Shown: one piece after another, positions 41,964-50,928 of the stretch
Numbering within the stretch: position 1 is the first letter of the stretch
How the letters are laid out: each line of letters opens with the position of its first letter
DNA from: an uncultured Actinomycetota bacterium
GTDB taxonomy: Bacteria > Actinomycetota > Actinomycetes > Actinomycetales > Dermatophilaceae
Assembly (NCBI GenBank): GCA_963771015.1
Contig: CAVYRN010000013.1
Location: 25,211 to 89,210, forward strand
Direction: 5' to 3'
Length of the DNA: 64,000 nucleotides
Position numbers and translations under genes: made by a program
Notes under the pieces: model-generated
The model's database searches: none
The model's input: the letters and a program-made list of their open reading frames with translations, nothing else
What the model was told of the DNA's origin: nothing

Positions 41964-42032
41964 CGCACGCCGAAGGGTGGCGATCCGCCCCTTCGGCGTG
42001 CGTAATGGGGCGGATCCCCACCCTTCGTGGGG
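41964..42032. other. Structured intergenic element with mutually exclusive helices (sRNA or regulatory RNA candidate)
   Basis: A 14-bp perfect stem forms between 41964-41977 and 41989-42002. Its loop and 3' arm (gatccgcccc, 41982-41991) is also complementary to ggggcggatc (42007-42016), and that segment overlaps a ccccac/gtgggg hairpin at 42016-42032. Confidence 0.4.
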
Positions 42033-42235
42033 TCGACCGAGGCGGCCCGGCGCGACGCAGGCCCCCGGCCCGCGGGTCAGGCGGCCGGCGTAGGGACGGG
42101 CTGTGCCTCTGCGACCTCGTCCACATGCCTGTGTGGGCCATGTGGAGCGGTAGTCCGGGCGCCGACGCCGGTAGGCTGACCGCCGGCCCGGGCGGCCGTC
42201 GAGGCGCATCGCGTTCGTATGCCGTCCCTGGCCAC

Positions 42236-42312
42236 GGGGCGTTAGCTCAGCTGGTCAGAGCAGCGGACTCATAATCCGTCGGTCCCGGGTTCAAGCCCCG
42301 GACGCCCCACCA
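42236..42312 (+). tRNA. tRNA with CAT anticodon (elongator Met, or Ile2 if lysidinylated); CCA encoded
   Basis: GGGGCGTTAGCTCAGCTGGTCAGAGCAGCGGACTCATAATCCGTCGGTCCCGGGTTCAAGCCCCGGACGCCCCACCA folds as a clean cloverleaf. It lacks the initiator features (C1:A72 mismatch, three GC pairs in the anticodon stem). Confidence 0.88.
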
Positions 42313-42485
42313 GACATCTTTGCAGGTCAGAGCCCCAGGCCCGGTCCCCGATCGGGCCGTCGCACGCTGCGCGGGTGGCCCGGCGCTCTGCCATGACGCG
42401 CCCTGCCAACACGTCGGCCGTGCCGGGGCCCACACGACCGTCCGTGGCGCGGCCGACGCCTGCACTGACGTCTGCCGTGTTCAGC

Positions 42486-42749
42486 TCACCTGGCGCGACG
42501 GACGTAGATGCGGTCGTAGCCAGCGTCGGCAGCGAAGCCGAGGAAGTCGTGTCGGGCCTTCTTCGCCCACGCGCGCACGATGGTCCTGCACCGCTTGTCG
42601 TTCACCCACAGCTCCAGAACCTCCCCGATGCCCACGTGGACGATCTCGCGCCGCACGCCGAGGAGCGGCAGCGGACAGCGGGAGCCACGCGTGTCGACGA
42701 CCCTCGCCGCCACTCGTGCAGGCTCCTGCTCGTTGAGCGCAAGGCTCAT
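42486..42749 (-). CDS. TusA/SirA-family sulfur carrier-like protein
   Basis: ATG at 42749, 87 aa. DTRGSRCPLPLL matches the TusA CPxP active-site motif. Confidence 0.7.
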   Translation of the reverse strand: MSLALNEQEPARVAARVVDTRGSRCPLPLLGVRREIVHVGIGEVLELWVNDKRCRTIVRAWAKKARHDFLGFAADAGYDRIYVRRAR

Positions 42750-42839
42750 GTCACTCACGTCCTCTGGTAGCCGAACTGGTGGTTGTCGACGCGAGAGCGA
42801 CACCGGAAGAGTCCGCTGCGTCGCTTTCGACCATCTCTT

Positions 42840-42880
42840 CTTGGGGTTCTCCGGTTCTTGGGGTTCTCCGGTTCTTGGTG
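42840..42880. repeat. Tandem repeat, 2.4 x 17 nt (cttggggttctccggtt)
   Basis: Copies lie at 42840-42856 and 42857-42873, with a partial copy at 42874-42880, in the lower-GC divergent spacer. Confidence 0.9.
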
Positions 42881-42971
42881 CACGGCTCCGGCGATTTCAC
42901 GATCCTCGATGGGGTCGATACGGGGCCGCTTGGCTAACTGCATGTTACATCTAGCGGTCACTATATGCTAG

Positions 42972-43427
42972 ATGCATGGGCAGGGGAGGCGAAGCACGTT
43001 ATCGTCGATGAGCGTGAGTGAAGATCCGGTAGATCCCTGCCAGGAGCGCGGTCAGGTCACCGATGGTGATGACGAGCCCGGCAGGACGGCCGATGGCCGG
43101 GGACGGCAGCTGCTCCTCGAGGCTGCCGTGCTCGTCGCGCTTGCCGAGCACAAGTCCGCCCACGGCTACGACATCCGCCGCATCATCGCGGATCTCACCG
43201 ACGGGTTCATGCAGGTCGACTCGGCCAACCTCTACCGCTTGCTCCGGCGTCTCGAGACGGAGGGCCTGGTCACGTCGACCTGGGTCGAGGGCGAGTACGG
43301 ACCGCAGCGTCGCCAGTACCGGCTGACCCGTGAGGGCTGCCGACATCTCGACGCGCTGCGCAAGCCCCTCGAGAACCGCGAACGGGCGTTCCGCGCGGTG
43401 CTCGAAGCCATCGGCCGCTCGGGGTAG
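42972..43427 (+). CDS. PadR-family transcriptional regulator
   Basis: AHGYDIRRII...NLYRLLRRLETEGLVTSTW...GPQRRQYRLT is a winged-helix PadR signature. The start is uncertain (42972 or ATG 43008). An 8-bp inverted repeat catctagc/gctagatg overlaps position 42972. Confidence 0.8.
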   Translation: MHGQGRRSTLSSMSVSEDPVDPCQERGQVTDGDDEPGRTADGRGRQLLLEAAVLVALAEHKSAHGYDIRRIIADLTDGFMQVDSANLYRLLRRLETEGLVTSTWVEGEYGPQRRQYRLTREGCRHLDALRKPLENRERAFRAVLEAIGRSG

Positions 43428-43502
43428 CCGTCACCTCCAGCGGCAGCCGCGTGGGTAGCGAACGACCCCTCCTGGTCGAGCGCGCGCTCGTCCGCGGACG
43501 GC

Positions 43503-44575
43503 TCACGGGCCCGAGCGGGAGGAGGCCGTCACCGCCGACACGAGCGGGTCCAGCGCCGCAGGGAGCTGGGAGCAGCTCGCCCCGGTTCCGGCGTTGCCGT
43601 TGACGAACAGGCCCACGGACATGCCTCCGTCCCGCGCCTGAGGCTCGAGCGGCACGAGGATCTCGCAGACGCGCTGAGCGGCCTTCTCCAGGGCGCCGTG
43701 GCCGGCGATGGTGATGACCCGGGCCCCGCCGAACCCCTGCCGAACGTCGGCCAGTCGACGATCGAGAAGGCTAGCCGGCCGAACCGGGTCTTCGCCGGAG
43801 CCGTCCAGCAGACCCGCCCGTCGGCTCGGGAGCGGAACGGCTTGACCGGCAGGCTCGTGAGGACACCGGATGACTCGACGGCACCGCAGAGATCGACCTG
43901 CAGCAGGGTCCCAACCGAGGGGGCCGACGCCGCCGGCCCGGCGGCCAGGTTGGCGAGCGCCACCTGGGACAGGGCGGCGAGCACCGGGCAGACATCGCCG
44001 CCGGCGGAACCGGGATCGGGCTCGATGGAGAGGACCTACCCGGCGGCGCCGACGGCGTACCCGTTACGACACGCCGGGTCGTGGATCAGCAGGCCGTGCG
44101 GCAGCTCGACGGCCTGGTCGATGCCCAGGTCCGTGGTGCGCACCTCGGCCGGCAGGTCGGGTCGGCTACTGGCCACGGAGACGCGGGCGGACCAGCCCGC
44201 CTGCCCGAGGTCGAGGAGGCAGCCGCCCGGCGACGACGACCGGACGACGACCTTCGTGGAGCCGGCCGTCGGCTCCGTCGCGCCCCAGACGGCGTGGATC
44301 TCGGCGGCCGGGACGAGGCCACAGACATCGAGCGCCCGGTATGCCGCAGCGCCCGGATCCGGACCGAGGTCGCGGACCGTTGTGGCCGAGGCCGCAGCCG
44401 AGGTCAAGGCCGACGGCGAGCCTGACCCGGAGGCCGAACTGGCCGATGAGCACCCAGCGAGGATGACGCGTGCGGCACATCCGGTGGCGGCGGCACGCAG
44501 GGCGTGGCGCCGGCATGTCGATGGGCGGCTCGGAGTCGCGCAGGCCGACGGCATCCCGAGCGAGGCCGGCGGCAC
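43503..44575 (-). pseudogene. DUF3558-like lipoprotein locus (two Cys-motif modules) broken by an in-frame TAG and at least one frameshift
   Basis: Lipobox VILAGCSS, then LDVCGLVPAAEI...GGCLLDL...DPACRNGYAVGAAG, then TAG (44036-44038). The same frame continues VLSIEPDPGSAGGDVCPVLAALSQVALANL...VDLCGAVESS. The C-terminal module (RVCEILVPLE...GMSVGLFVNG...ASCSQLPAALDPLVSAV, stop 43503) is in another frame that has no start codon. Confidence 0.45.
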
Positions 44576-44848
44576 TTCTGGGCATACCCTCCCCTCTTCA
44601 TCGTTGGGTCGTCGATCGCAGACTCGGGGACCCGATGAGAATCGGTCGTACGGTTCGCTCTCGCGGTTCTCTTGACATCAGGCGGGAAGCGCACGTTACC
44701 GACGGCCTACCGTATGGGATCGATCTGCGACCCCCGGGGGGCCCCGTCCTGGTCGCCCGCGGGGCTCGAGGTCGTGGCATCTTTGTCGCACACGGCGCCG
44801 GGCGCGCGAGCCACCGCACGGCCACCACCGCACCGCAGGAGGCATCCG

Positions 44849-45892
44849 ATGACCCCGACCGGCCCGCTGGCCGCCGCTGCCCCTGCCCATGCGCCTGCCG
44901 AGGCCCCCGCGCCGGCCCGGGAGATGACGCTCCGCTTCCTGGCCGCCCCGACCGACGCCGGCTACTCCGGAGGTGTCGACGGCGGACGGGTCCTGGAGTG
45001 GATCGACAAGGCCGGGTACGCCCTCGCCGCGGCCTGGAGTGGCCGGTACTGCGTGACGGCATACGTGGGGAACGTCCGGTTCGCGAGCCCGGTGAGAACC
45101 GGCGACCTCGTCGAGGTGACCGCCCGGCTCATCCACACCGGCCGGAGCAGCATGCACATCGAGACCATCGTCCGGTCCGGGCCGCCCACGGGCGGCGACC
45201 TGGAGCAGCGCACCCAGTGCCTCATCATCTTCGTCGCCCTGGACGGGGACGGCCGGTCGACCAACGTCCCGGCGTGGGTCGCCGCGACCGACGAGGACCG
45301 CGCCCTCGAGAGCGGTGCGGTGCGGCGGATCGCCGTCCGGGCCGAGATCGAGGCGGCGATGGCCGCCCAGAGCTACACCGACGCCGGCACCGCGCCGCGG
45401 ATCGTCCTGCGCTTCCTCGCGGCACCGACGGACGTCAACTGGGGCGGAAAGGTCCACGGCGGCATCGTCATGCGCTGGATCGACGAGGCGGCACACACCC
45501 TGGCGACCAGGTGGACCGAGAGCGCCGAGAACGTCGCGGTGTATGCCGGCGGGTTCCGGTTCTACCGGCCGCTTCTCATCGGTCACCTCGTCGAGGTGGA
45601 GGCCCGGCTGCTGCATACCGGCACCAGCAGCATGCACATCGGCGTCCACGTCCGCTCGGGCGACCCCCGGCAGCCCGACCTCGGCGTGACGACACACTGC
45701 ACCATCGTGTTCGTCGCGCTCGGGGACGACGGGACGGGCGTGCCGTGCCGCACCTGGGCGCCGGCCTCCCCCGAGGATGTCGCCCTCGAGGCGCACGCCC
45801 TGGACCTGATCCGGCTTCGCGCCGGCCTCCAGGACGCGGGCCGCAGCCGCTCGGGCCGGGCCCCCGTGCCGCCGCCGCCGATGACGGGGTAG
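44849..45892 (+). CDS. Acyl-CoA thioesterase, tandem hot-dog domains
   Basis: ATG at 44849 preceded by AGGAGG. The module LRFLAAPTD...GG.V.GG.V..WID.A......VRF..P...G.LVEV.ARL.HTG.SSMHI occurs twice. Length is 347 aa. Confidence 0.8.
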   Translation: MTPTGPLAAAAPAHAPAEAPAPAREMTLRFLAAPTDAGYSGGVDGGRVLEWIDKAGYALAAAWSGRYCVTAYVGNVRFASPVRTGDLVEVTARLIHTGRSSMHIETIVRSGPPTGGDLEQRTQCLIIFVALDGDGRSTNVPAWVAATDEDRALESGAVRRIAVRAEIEAAMAAQSYTDAGTAPRIVLRFLAAPTDVNWGGKVHGGIVMRWIDEAAHTLATRWTESAENVAVYAGGFRFYRPLLIGHLVEVEARLLHTGTSSMHIGVHVRSGDPRQPDLGVTTHCTIVFVALGDDGTGVPCRTWAPASPEDVALEAHALDLIRLRAGLQDAGRSRSGRAPVPPPPMTG

Positions 45893-46027
45893 ACGAGCGG
45901 GTTTCCCTCGGTGACGGCCCCGGCTCGAACGCCAGGACGCCGGCGTCGTCCCTCACGCGCCACCGGCCCGGGGAATTCGCACGTGTCCAACCCGCCACAC
46001 GCGGCACAAAGACGGCAGGATGTGCGC

Positions 46028-46903
46028 ATGGGACGCGTGCTGGCCTGCGGCCTGGCGACGGTGGACGTCGTGCAGACCGTGGCCGCGCCCCCGGGCGCCA
46101 ACGACAAGATCCTCGCGTCCTCGGCCACGGTCGAGGGCGGTGGGCCCGCGCTCAACGGCGCCGTCACGGCCGCCGTGCTGGGCGCCTCGGCGGTCCTCGT
46201 CTCGGCCGTCGGTGACGGTCCCCTCAGTCACATCGTCCGCTCCGACCTCTATCAGTATGCCGTCGAGCTCGCCGACTGCGGCGTCCCCGGCTACGACCCG
46301 CCGCTGTCGACGGTCCTCGTCACCGCGTCCACGGGCGCACGGGCCGTCGTGTCGCGCAACGCCCTCGGAGCCGAGGGCTACCTGCCGATCCACGACAACG
46401 TCCTCGATGGCGTCGGTGCCGTCCTCGTCGACGGCCACCACCTCCCCCTGTGCCGCGAGATCGCCTTCCAGGCCCGGCGCCGCGGCATACCGGTCATCCT
46501 CGACGGCGGCTCGTGGAAGCCCGGGCTGGAGTCCCTGCTGCGCGAGGTCGACATGGCCGTCGTCTCGGCCGACTTCACCACGCCCAACGGCGACGGGCTC
46601 GACGTCGTGCTGCGCTACGGCCCCACCTTCGTCGCACGCACCCACGGCGACGGCCCCGTTCAGTGGCGCGCCCGCGACGGCTCCTCGGGGTCGATCGACC
46701 CGCCGCGGGTCCGGGTCGTCGACACCCTCGGCGCCGGGGACGTGCTCCACGGGGCGATCGCGGCGCGGCTCGCCGAGCATGGCTGGTCCGACCCGGTGGC
46801 CGTCCTCGAGTACGGCATCCGCGTCGCGAGCCGGTCGGTCGGGTATGCCGGCGCCCGCGGCTGGGCTCGGCGGGACCCGGCGTCGGGCCAGGCAGCCGGG
46901 TAG
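46028..46903 (+). CDS. PfkB-family carbohydrate/nucleoside kinase
   Basis: ATG at 46028, 291 aa. The C-terminal DTLGAGD motif and GGGPALN are typical of ribokinase-like kinases. Confidence 0.75.
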   Translation: MGRVLACGLATVDVVQTVAAPPGANDKILASSATVEGGGPALNGAVTAAVLGASAVLVSAVGDGPLSHIVRSDLYQYAVELADCGVPGYDPPLSTVLVTASTGARAVVSRNALGAEGYLPIHDNVLDGVGAVLVDGHHLPLCREIAFQARRRGIPVILDGGSWKPGLESLLREVDMAVVSADFTTPNGDGLDVVLRYGPTFVARTHGDGPVQWRARDGSSGSIDPPRVRVVDTLGAGDVLHGAIAARLAEHGWSDPVAVLEYGIRVASRSVGYAGARGWARRDPASGQAAG

Positions 46904-46917
46904 GCCATCATCGAGGC

Positions 46918-47535
46918 GTGACCGACTTCGATGCCGAGGCAGACACGTGGGACGACCAGCCGCACCGCGTGGAGCGTGCCCAGGCCGTCGCCGAGGTGAT
47001 CCGCCAGGCGCTGACCCTGCGTCCCGACATGGCCACCCTCGAGTACGGCGCCGGCACCGGCCTGCTCGGCCGCGAGCTGGTGGCGGAGCTGGGCGCCGTC
47101 ACCCTGGCCGACGCCTCGACCGGGATGACCGACGCGGCGGTGCGCAAGATCGCCGAGCATCCCGCGGCGGAGCGGCTGCGGGCGGTCCGGCTCGACCTGA
47201 TGAGCGACCCGGTCCCCACCGAGCGCTACGACCTCATCCTGTCGATGATGGCCCTGCACCACGTGGCCGACGTGCCCGGCCTGCTCGCGTCGTTCCACAC
47301 GATGTTGCGGTCCGGCGGACAGGTGGCGCTCGTCGACCTCGACCACGAGGACGGCAGCTTCCACGACGGCGACTTCGACGGGCACCACGGGTTCCCCCGG
47401 GACACCTTCGGGCAGTGGCTGGCGAGTGCGGGTTTCGACGACATCGGGTTCCGGACCGCCTATACGCTCGACAAGGAGGTCGACGGCGAGGAGCGCAGCT
47501 ACACCCTCTTCCTCGCCACGGCACGCCGACCCTGA
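46918..47535 (+). CDS. Class I SAM-dependent methyltransferase
   Basis: GTG at 46918, 205 aa. SAM motif LEYGAGTGLLG. Confidence 0.75.
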   Translation: MTDFDAEADTWDDQPHRVERAQAVAEVIRQALTLRPDMATLEYGAGTGLLGRELVAELGAVTLADASTGMTDAAVRKIAEHPAAERLRAVRLDLMSDPVPTERYDLILSMMALHHVADVPGLLASFHTMLRSGGQVALVDLDHEDGSFHDGDFDGHHGFPRDTFGQWLASAGFDDIGFRTAYTLDKEVDGEERSYTLFLATARRP

Positions 47536-47614
47536 CCGGCCGCCGTGCCGATGCCGACGCTCGTCGCCGCTCCCGTGCGACGTCGGCGAACTCCGTGCCG
47601 TCGCGGGAGCGACG

Positions 47615-49030
47615 TCAGCTGTCGAACCCCACCCCGAACCGGTCGAGCGTCTTGAGCCACAGCCCCCGTCGGCCGGTGCGGTCCTCGGCGGCGAGCGCCG
47701 AACGCGTGGCACGGACCGCGGCATACCGGATCGGCTCCGGCGGGAACGGCACCGGCTTGCGCCGCACCATGCCCAGCGAGGTCAGCTCGGTCGACCGTCC
47801 GGAGAGCAGGTCGAGCCCGACCCGGGCACCGAACCGGGTCGAGGCGACCCCGAGCCCGGTGTAGCCGACGGCGTAGGCGAGCCGGCCGCCGAACGCGGTC
47901 CCGAACACGGGGGTGAACCGTGAGGTCGTGTCGATGACGCCGCCCCACCGATGGGTGAAGCGCAGCCCCTCGAGCTGGGGGAAGATCTCGAAGAAGTGCT
48001 TGGCCAGCAGCCCGTGCGAGGCCTCGGACTGCTCGAGGTCGGCGTCGATCCGACCCGGGAAGTGGTAGTTGGCGTCGTAGCCACCGAAGAGGATCCGGTC
48101 CTCGCCGGTGAGCCGGTAGTAGTGGAACTGGTTGCCCGCGTCAGCGAGCCCCTCGCGGCCCGCCCAGCCGAGCGAGCCCAGCTGGGCGCCCGTCAGCGGC
48201 TCGGTCATCAGAACATGGTCATAGACCGGGAGGACATACGCGCGGAGCCGACGCAGGACGCCCTGGTAGGCGTTGGTCCCGACGAGGACCGCCCCCGCCG
48301 ACACACTGCCCCACTCGGTGCGAACCCGGAGCCCGGACCCGTCGCGCTCGAAGCCGCGCACGGCCGTGTCCTCGTGCAGCCGGACGCCGAGCGACTCGGC
48401 GGCGTCGGCGAGGCCCCAGACCAGCCGCGCCGGGTCGACGAGGCCGACGGTGGGGTCGGTCCAGCCGGCGAGGTAGGCCGGCGAGCTCACCCGCGACCGC
48501 GCCGCCTCGGCGTCAAGGTACTCCGCGGCCACCCCGTGCTGCCGGTGCAGCTCGTAGGCCGCGCGGACCGCCGGGACCTGGTGCTCGGTGAGGGCGAGGG
48601 TCATCTCGCCGGGGACGTGGAAGTCGGCGTCGATGCCGTATGCCGCGACCGTGGCCGCGATCCCCGCCATGTTCTCGGCGCCGAGCCGTTCCAGGGTGGC
48701 GACCTCGTCGGGCCACTGGGCCAGGCCCTGGGCGAGACCGTGGGTCAGCGACGGCGAGACGAAGCCGCCGTTGCGGCCGGAGGCGCCGACGCCGAGGCGG
48801 CCCGCCTCCAGGACGACGACGTCGCGCGACGGATCCTCCTCCTTGGCCTGGATCGCCGCCCACAGACCGGTGAACCCGCCGCCGACGACGACGAGGTCGG
48901 CGCGGTGCCCCGAGCCGGTCAGCGGCGACCTTGCGACCGGCCGAAGTGTCGGGCGATCGGTCCAGAAGACCTGCGGGACCGCATCGGCAAGTGCGGTCCG
49001 GGCCGCGGCGTCCGTCCTCATGGACACCAT
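47615..49030 (-). CDS. FAD-dependent oxidoreductase (DAO family)
   Basis: VVVGGGFTGLWAA is a dinucleotide-binding motif. The start is ATG 49030 or 49021. Confidence 0.8.
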   Translation of the reverse strand: MVSMRTDAAARTALADAVPQVFWTDRPTLRPVARSPLTGSGHRADLVVVGGGFTGLWAAIQAKEEDPSRDVVVLEAGRLGVGASGRNGGFVSPSLTHGLAQGLAQWPDEVATLERLGAENMAGIAATVAAYGIDADFHVPGEMTLALTEHQVPAVRAAYELHRQHGVAAEYLDAEAARSRVSSPAYLAGWTDPTVGLVDPARLVWGLADAAESLGVRLHEDTAVRGFERDGSGLRVRTEWGSVSAGAVLVGTNAYQGVLRRLRAYVLPVYDHVLMTEPLTGAQLGSLGWAGREGLADAGNQFHYYRLTGEDRILFGGYDANYHFPGRIDADLEQSEASHGLLAKHFFEIFPQLEGLRFTHRWGGVIDTTSRFTPVFGTAFGGRLAYAVGYTGLGVASTRFGARVGLDLLSGRSTELTSLGMVRRKPVPFPPEPIRYAAVRATRSALAAEDRTGRRGLWLKTLDRFGVGFDS

Positions 49031-49197
49031 GGTGCCCGCCCCGCGCCGAATTTTCGAACTTCCACACGAAAATGCCACGGCGCGGCGTCACGGGTCTCCG
49101 GAGACGCGGTGGGGGCAAGGTCTCGATTGGGTCTCGCCCGACCCCGGGGTGCCGCCCTGCGGTTGACCATCTGGGGATTGGCTGACAGGTTGCTGAG

Positions 49198-49938
49198 ATG
49201 CCAACCCCACTGGTGGCCCTGCACAAGGTCAACAAGCACTTCGGCGACCTCCACGTCCTGAAGGACATCGACCTCGAGATCGACCCGGGCGAGGTCGTCG
49301 TCGTCATCGGCCCCTCGGGGTCGGGGAAGTCCACGCTGTGCCGGACGATCAACCGCCTCGAGACGTTCGAGTCCGGAACGATCGAGATCGACGGCAGCCC
49401 GCTCCCCGAGGAGGGCAAGGCCCTCGCCCAGCTCCGCGCCGACGTCGGCATGGTGTTCCAGAGCTTCAACCTCTTCGCCCACAAGACGATCCTCGAGAAC
49501 GTCACCCTCGGGCCGATCAAGGTCCGCAAGATGGGCAAGGAGGCCGCCGAGGCGCGGGCGATGGAGCTCCTGGAGCGGGTCGGGGTCCAGGAGCAGGCGG
49601 GCAAGTACCCCGCCCAGCTCTCCGGCGGCCAGCAGCAGCGGGTCGCCATCGCCCGGTCCCTCGCCATGGACCCCAAGGTCATGCTCTTCGACGAGCCGAC
49701 CTCGGCCCTGGACCCCGAGATGATCAACGAGGTCCTCGACGTGATGACCGGGCTCGCCACGAGCGGCATGACGATGGTCGTGGTCACCCACGAGATGGGC
49801 TTCGCCCGGCGCGCCGCCAACCGCGTCATCTTCATGGCCGACGGCCAGATCGTCGAGCAGGCCGACCCCGAGACCTTCTTCACCAAGCCCCAGAGCACGC
49901 GGGCCAAGGACTTCCTCGGAAAGATCCTCACCCACTGA
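49198..49938 (+). CDS. gluA: Glutamate/polar amino acid ABC transporter, ATP-binding protein
   Basis: Walker [10 protein letters not shown], signature LSGGQQQR and Walker [11 protein letters not shown]. It is the first gene of a gluABCD-like operon. Confidence 0.88.
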   Translation: MPTPLVALHKVNKHFGDLHVLKDIDLEIDPGEVVVVIGPSGSGKSTLCRTINRLETFESGTIEIDGSPLPEEGKALAQLRADVGMVFQSFNLFAHKTILENVTLGPIKVRKMGKEAAEARAMELLERVGVQEQAGKYPAQLSGGQQQRVAIARSLAMDPKVMLFDEPTSALDPEMINEVLDVMTGLATSGMTMVVVTHEMGFARRAANRVIFMADGQIVEQADPETFFTKPQSTRAKDFLGKILTH

Positions 49939-50023
49939 CTCCCACGCCGACGTACGGCGCTTGGGCCACTGACTGAACCCGCGGCATACGACCGTCTGCC
50001 GCAGAACCAGGAAGGGAACCCAG

Positions 50024-50848
50024 ATGAACGCACGACGCAACGCGGCCCTGGCCGGTGCGGCCGCGGTCGCCCTCGCCCTGTCCGCCTGCGGTGGCGGAAG
50101 CTCCGCGGGATCGGGCGGCGACTCGATCAAGATCGGCATCAAGTTCGACCAACCCGGCCTCGGCCTGAAGACCGGCGACACCTATGCCGGCCTCGACGTC
50201 GACGTCGCGACCTACATCGCCGACAAGCTCGGCTATGCGGCCGACAAGATCCAGTGGGTCCAGGCCCCGAGTGCCCAGCGCGAGACCCTCATCTCGACGG
50301 GCCAGGTCACGCTCGTGGCGGCGACCTACTCCATCACCGACTCCCGCAAGGAGAAGGTCTCCTTCGCCGGTCCGTACTTCATCGCCGGCCAGGACCTGCT
50401 CGTCCGCTCCGACGACTCCTCGGTCACCGGTCCGGACTCCCTCGCGGGCAAGAAGCTGTGCTCGGTCACCGGCTCGACCTCGGCCCAGAAGGTCACGGAG
50501 AAGGTTCCCGGGGTGAACCTCCAGGAGTTCGGCACGTACTCCGAGTGCGTGGCAGCGCTCGTCTCCGGCACGATCGACGCCGTGACGACCGACGACACGA
50601 TCCTCGCCGGCTACGCCGCCCAGGACCAGTACAAGGGCAAGCTCAAGGTCGTCGGCCAGACCTTCTCGGTCGAGAACTACGGCATCGGCCTGAAGAAGGG
50701 CGATACCGCTCTGTGCCAGAAGGTCACCGACGCCATCACGTCGATGGTGAGCGACGGGTCGTGGCAGAAGTTCGTCGACGCGAACCTCGGACCCGCGGGC
50801 TACCAGCCGGGACCGGACAACCCGCCGACCCCGGCGGCCTGCTCCTGA
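50024..50848 (+). CDS. gluB: Glutamate ABC transporter substrate-binding lipoprotein
   Basis: Signal peptide with lipobox LSACGG, followed by a family-3 solute-binding domain. Confidence 0.85.
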   Translation: MNARRNAALAGAAAVALALSACGGGSSAGSGGDSIKIGIKFDQPGLGLKTGDTYAGLDVDVATYIADKLGYAADKIQWVQAPSAQRETLISTGQVTLVAATYSITDSRKEKVSFAGPYFIAGQDLLVRSDDSSVTGPDSLAGKKLCSVTGSTSAQKVTEKVPGVNLQEFGTYSECVAALVSGTIDAVTTDDTILAGYAAQDQYKGKLKVVGQTFSVENYGIGLKKGDTALCQKVTDAITSMVSDGSWQKFVDANLGPAGYQPGPDNPPTPAACS

Positions 50849-50859
50849 CCCACGCGTGA

Positions 50860-50901
50860 CCCGGTATGCCGCCCGCTCACCGGAGCGGGCGGCATACCGG
50901 G
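50860..50901 (+). other. Perfect 19-bp, 4-nt-loop hairpin between gluB and gluC
   Basis: cccggtatgccgcccgctc (50860-50878) pairs with gagcgggcggcataccggg (50883-50901). Each arm carries one copy of the octamer. Confidence 0.7.
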
Positions 50902-50928
50902 TCGGCCCGCTCTTCGAAGGAGACCCTC

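Noticed and set aside
41964-42002. The 14-bp hairpin read as the terminator of the DUF3145 gene or of accD6.
   Set aside because: It lies upstream of the DUF3145 start (41691, minus strand) and almost 1 kb past accD6, so it cannot terminate either. It was retained only as a candidate RNA element.
43698-44675. 325-aa plus-strand ORF across the lipoprotein locus.
   Set aside because: The translation is Ser/Arg/Pro/Thr-rich with no domain-like segments, and it is antisense to frames carrying a lipobox and conserved Cys motifs.
46028-46903. Candidate phosphoribulokinase that could partner cbbM.
   Set aside because: The protein has the ribokinase/PfkB signature (DTLGAGD, GGGPALN) and no P-loop. 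Bacterial PRK belongs to the P-loop kinase fold, so this is not prk.
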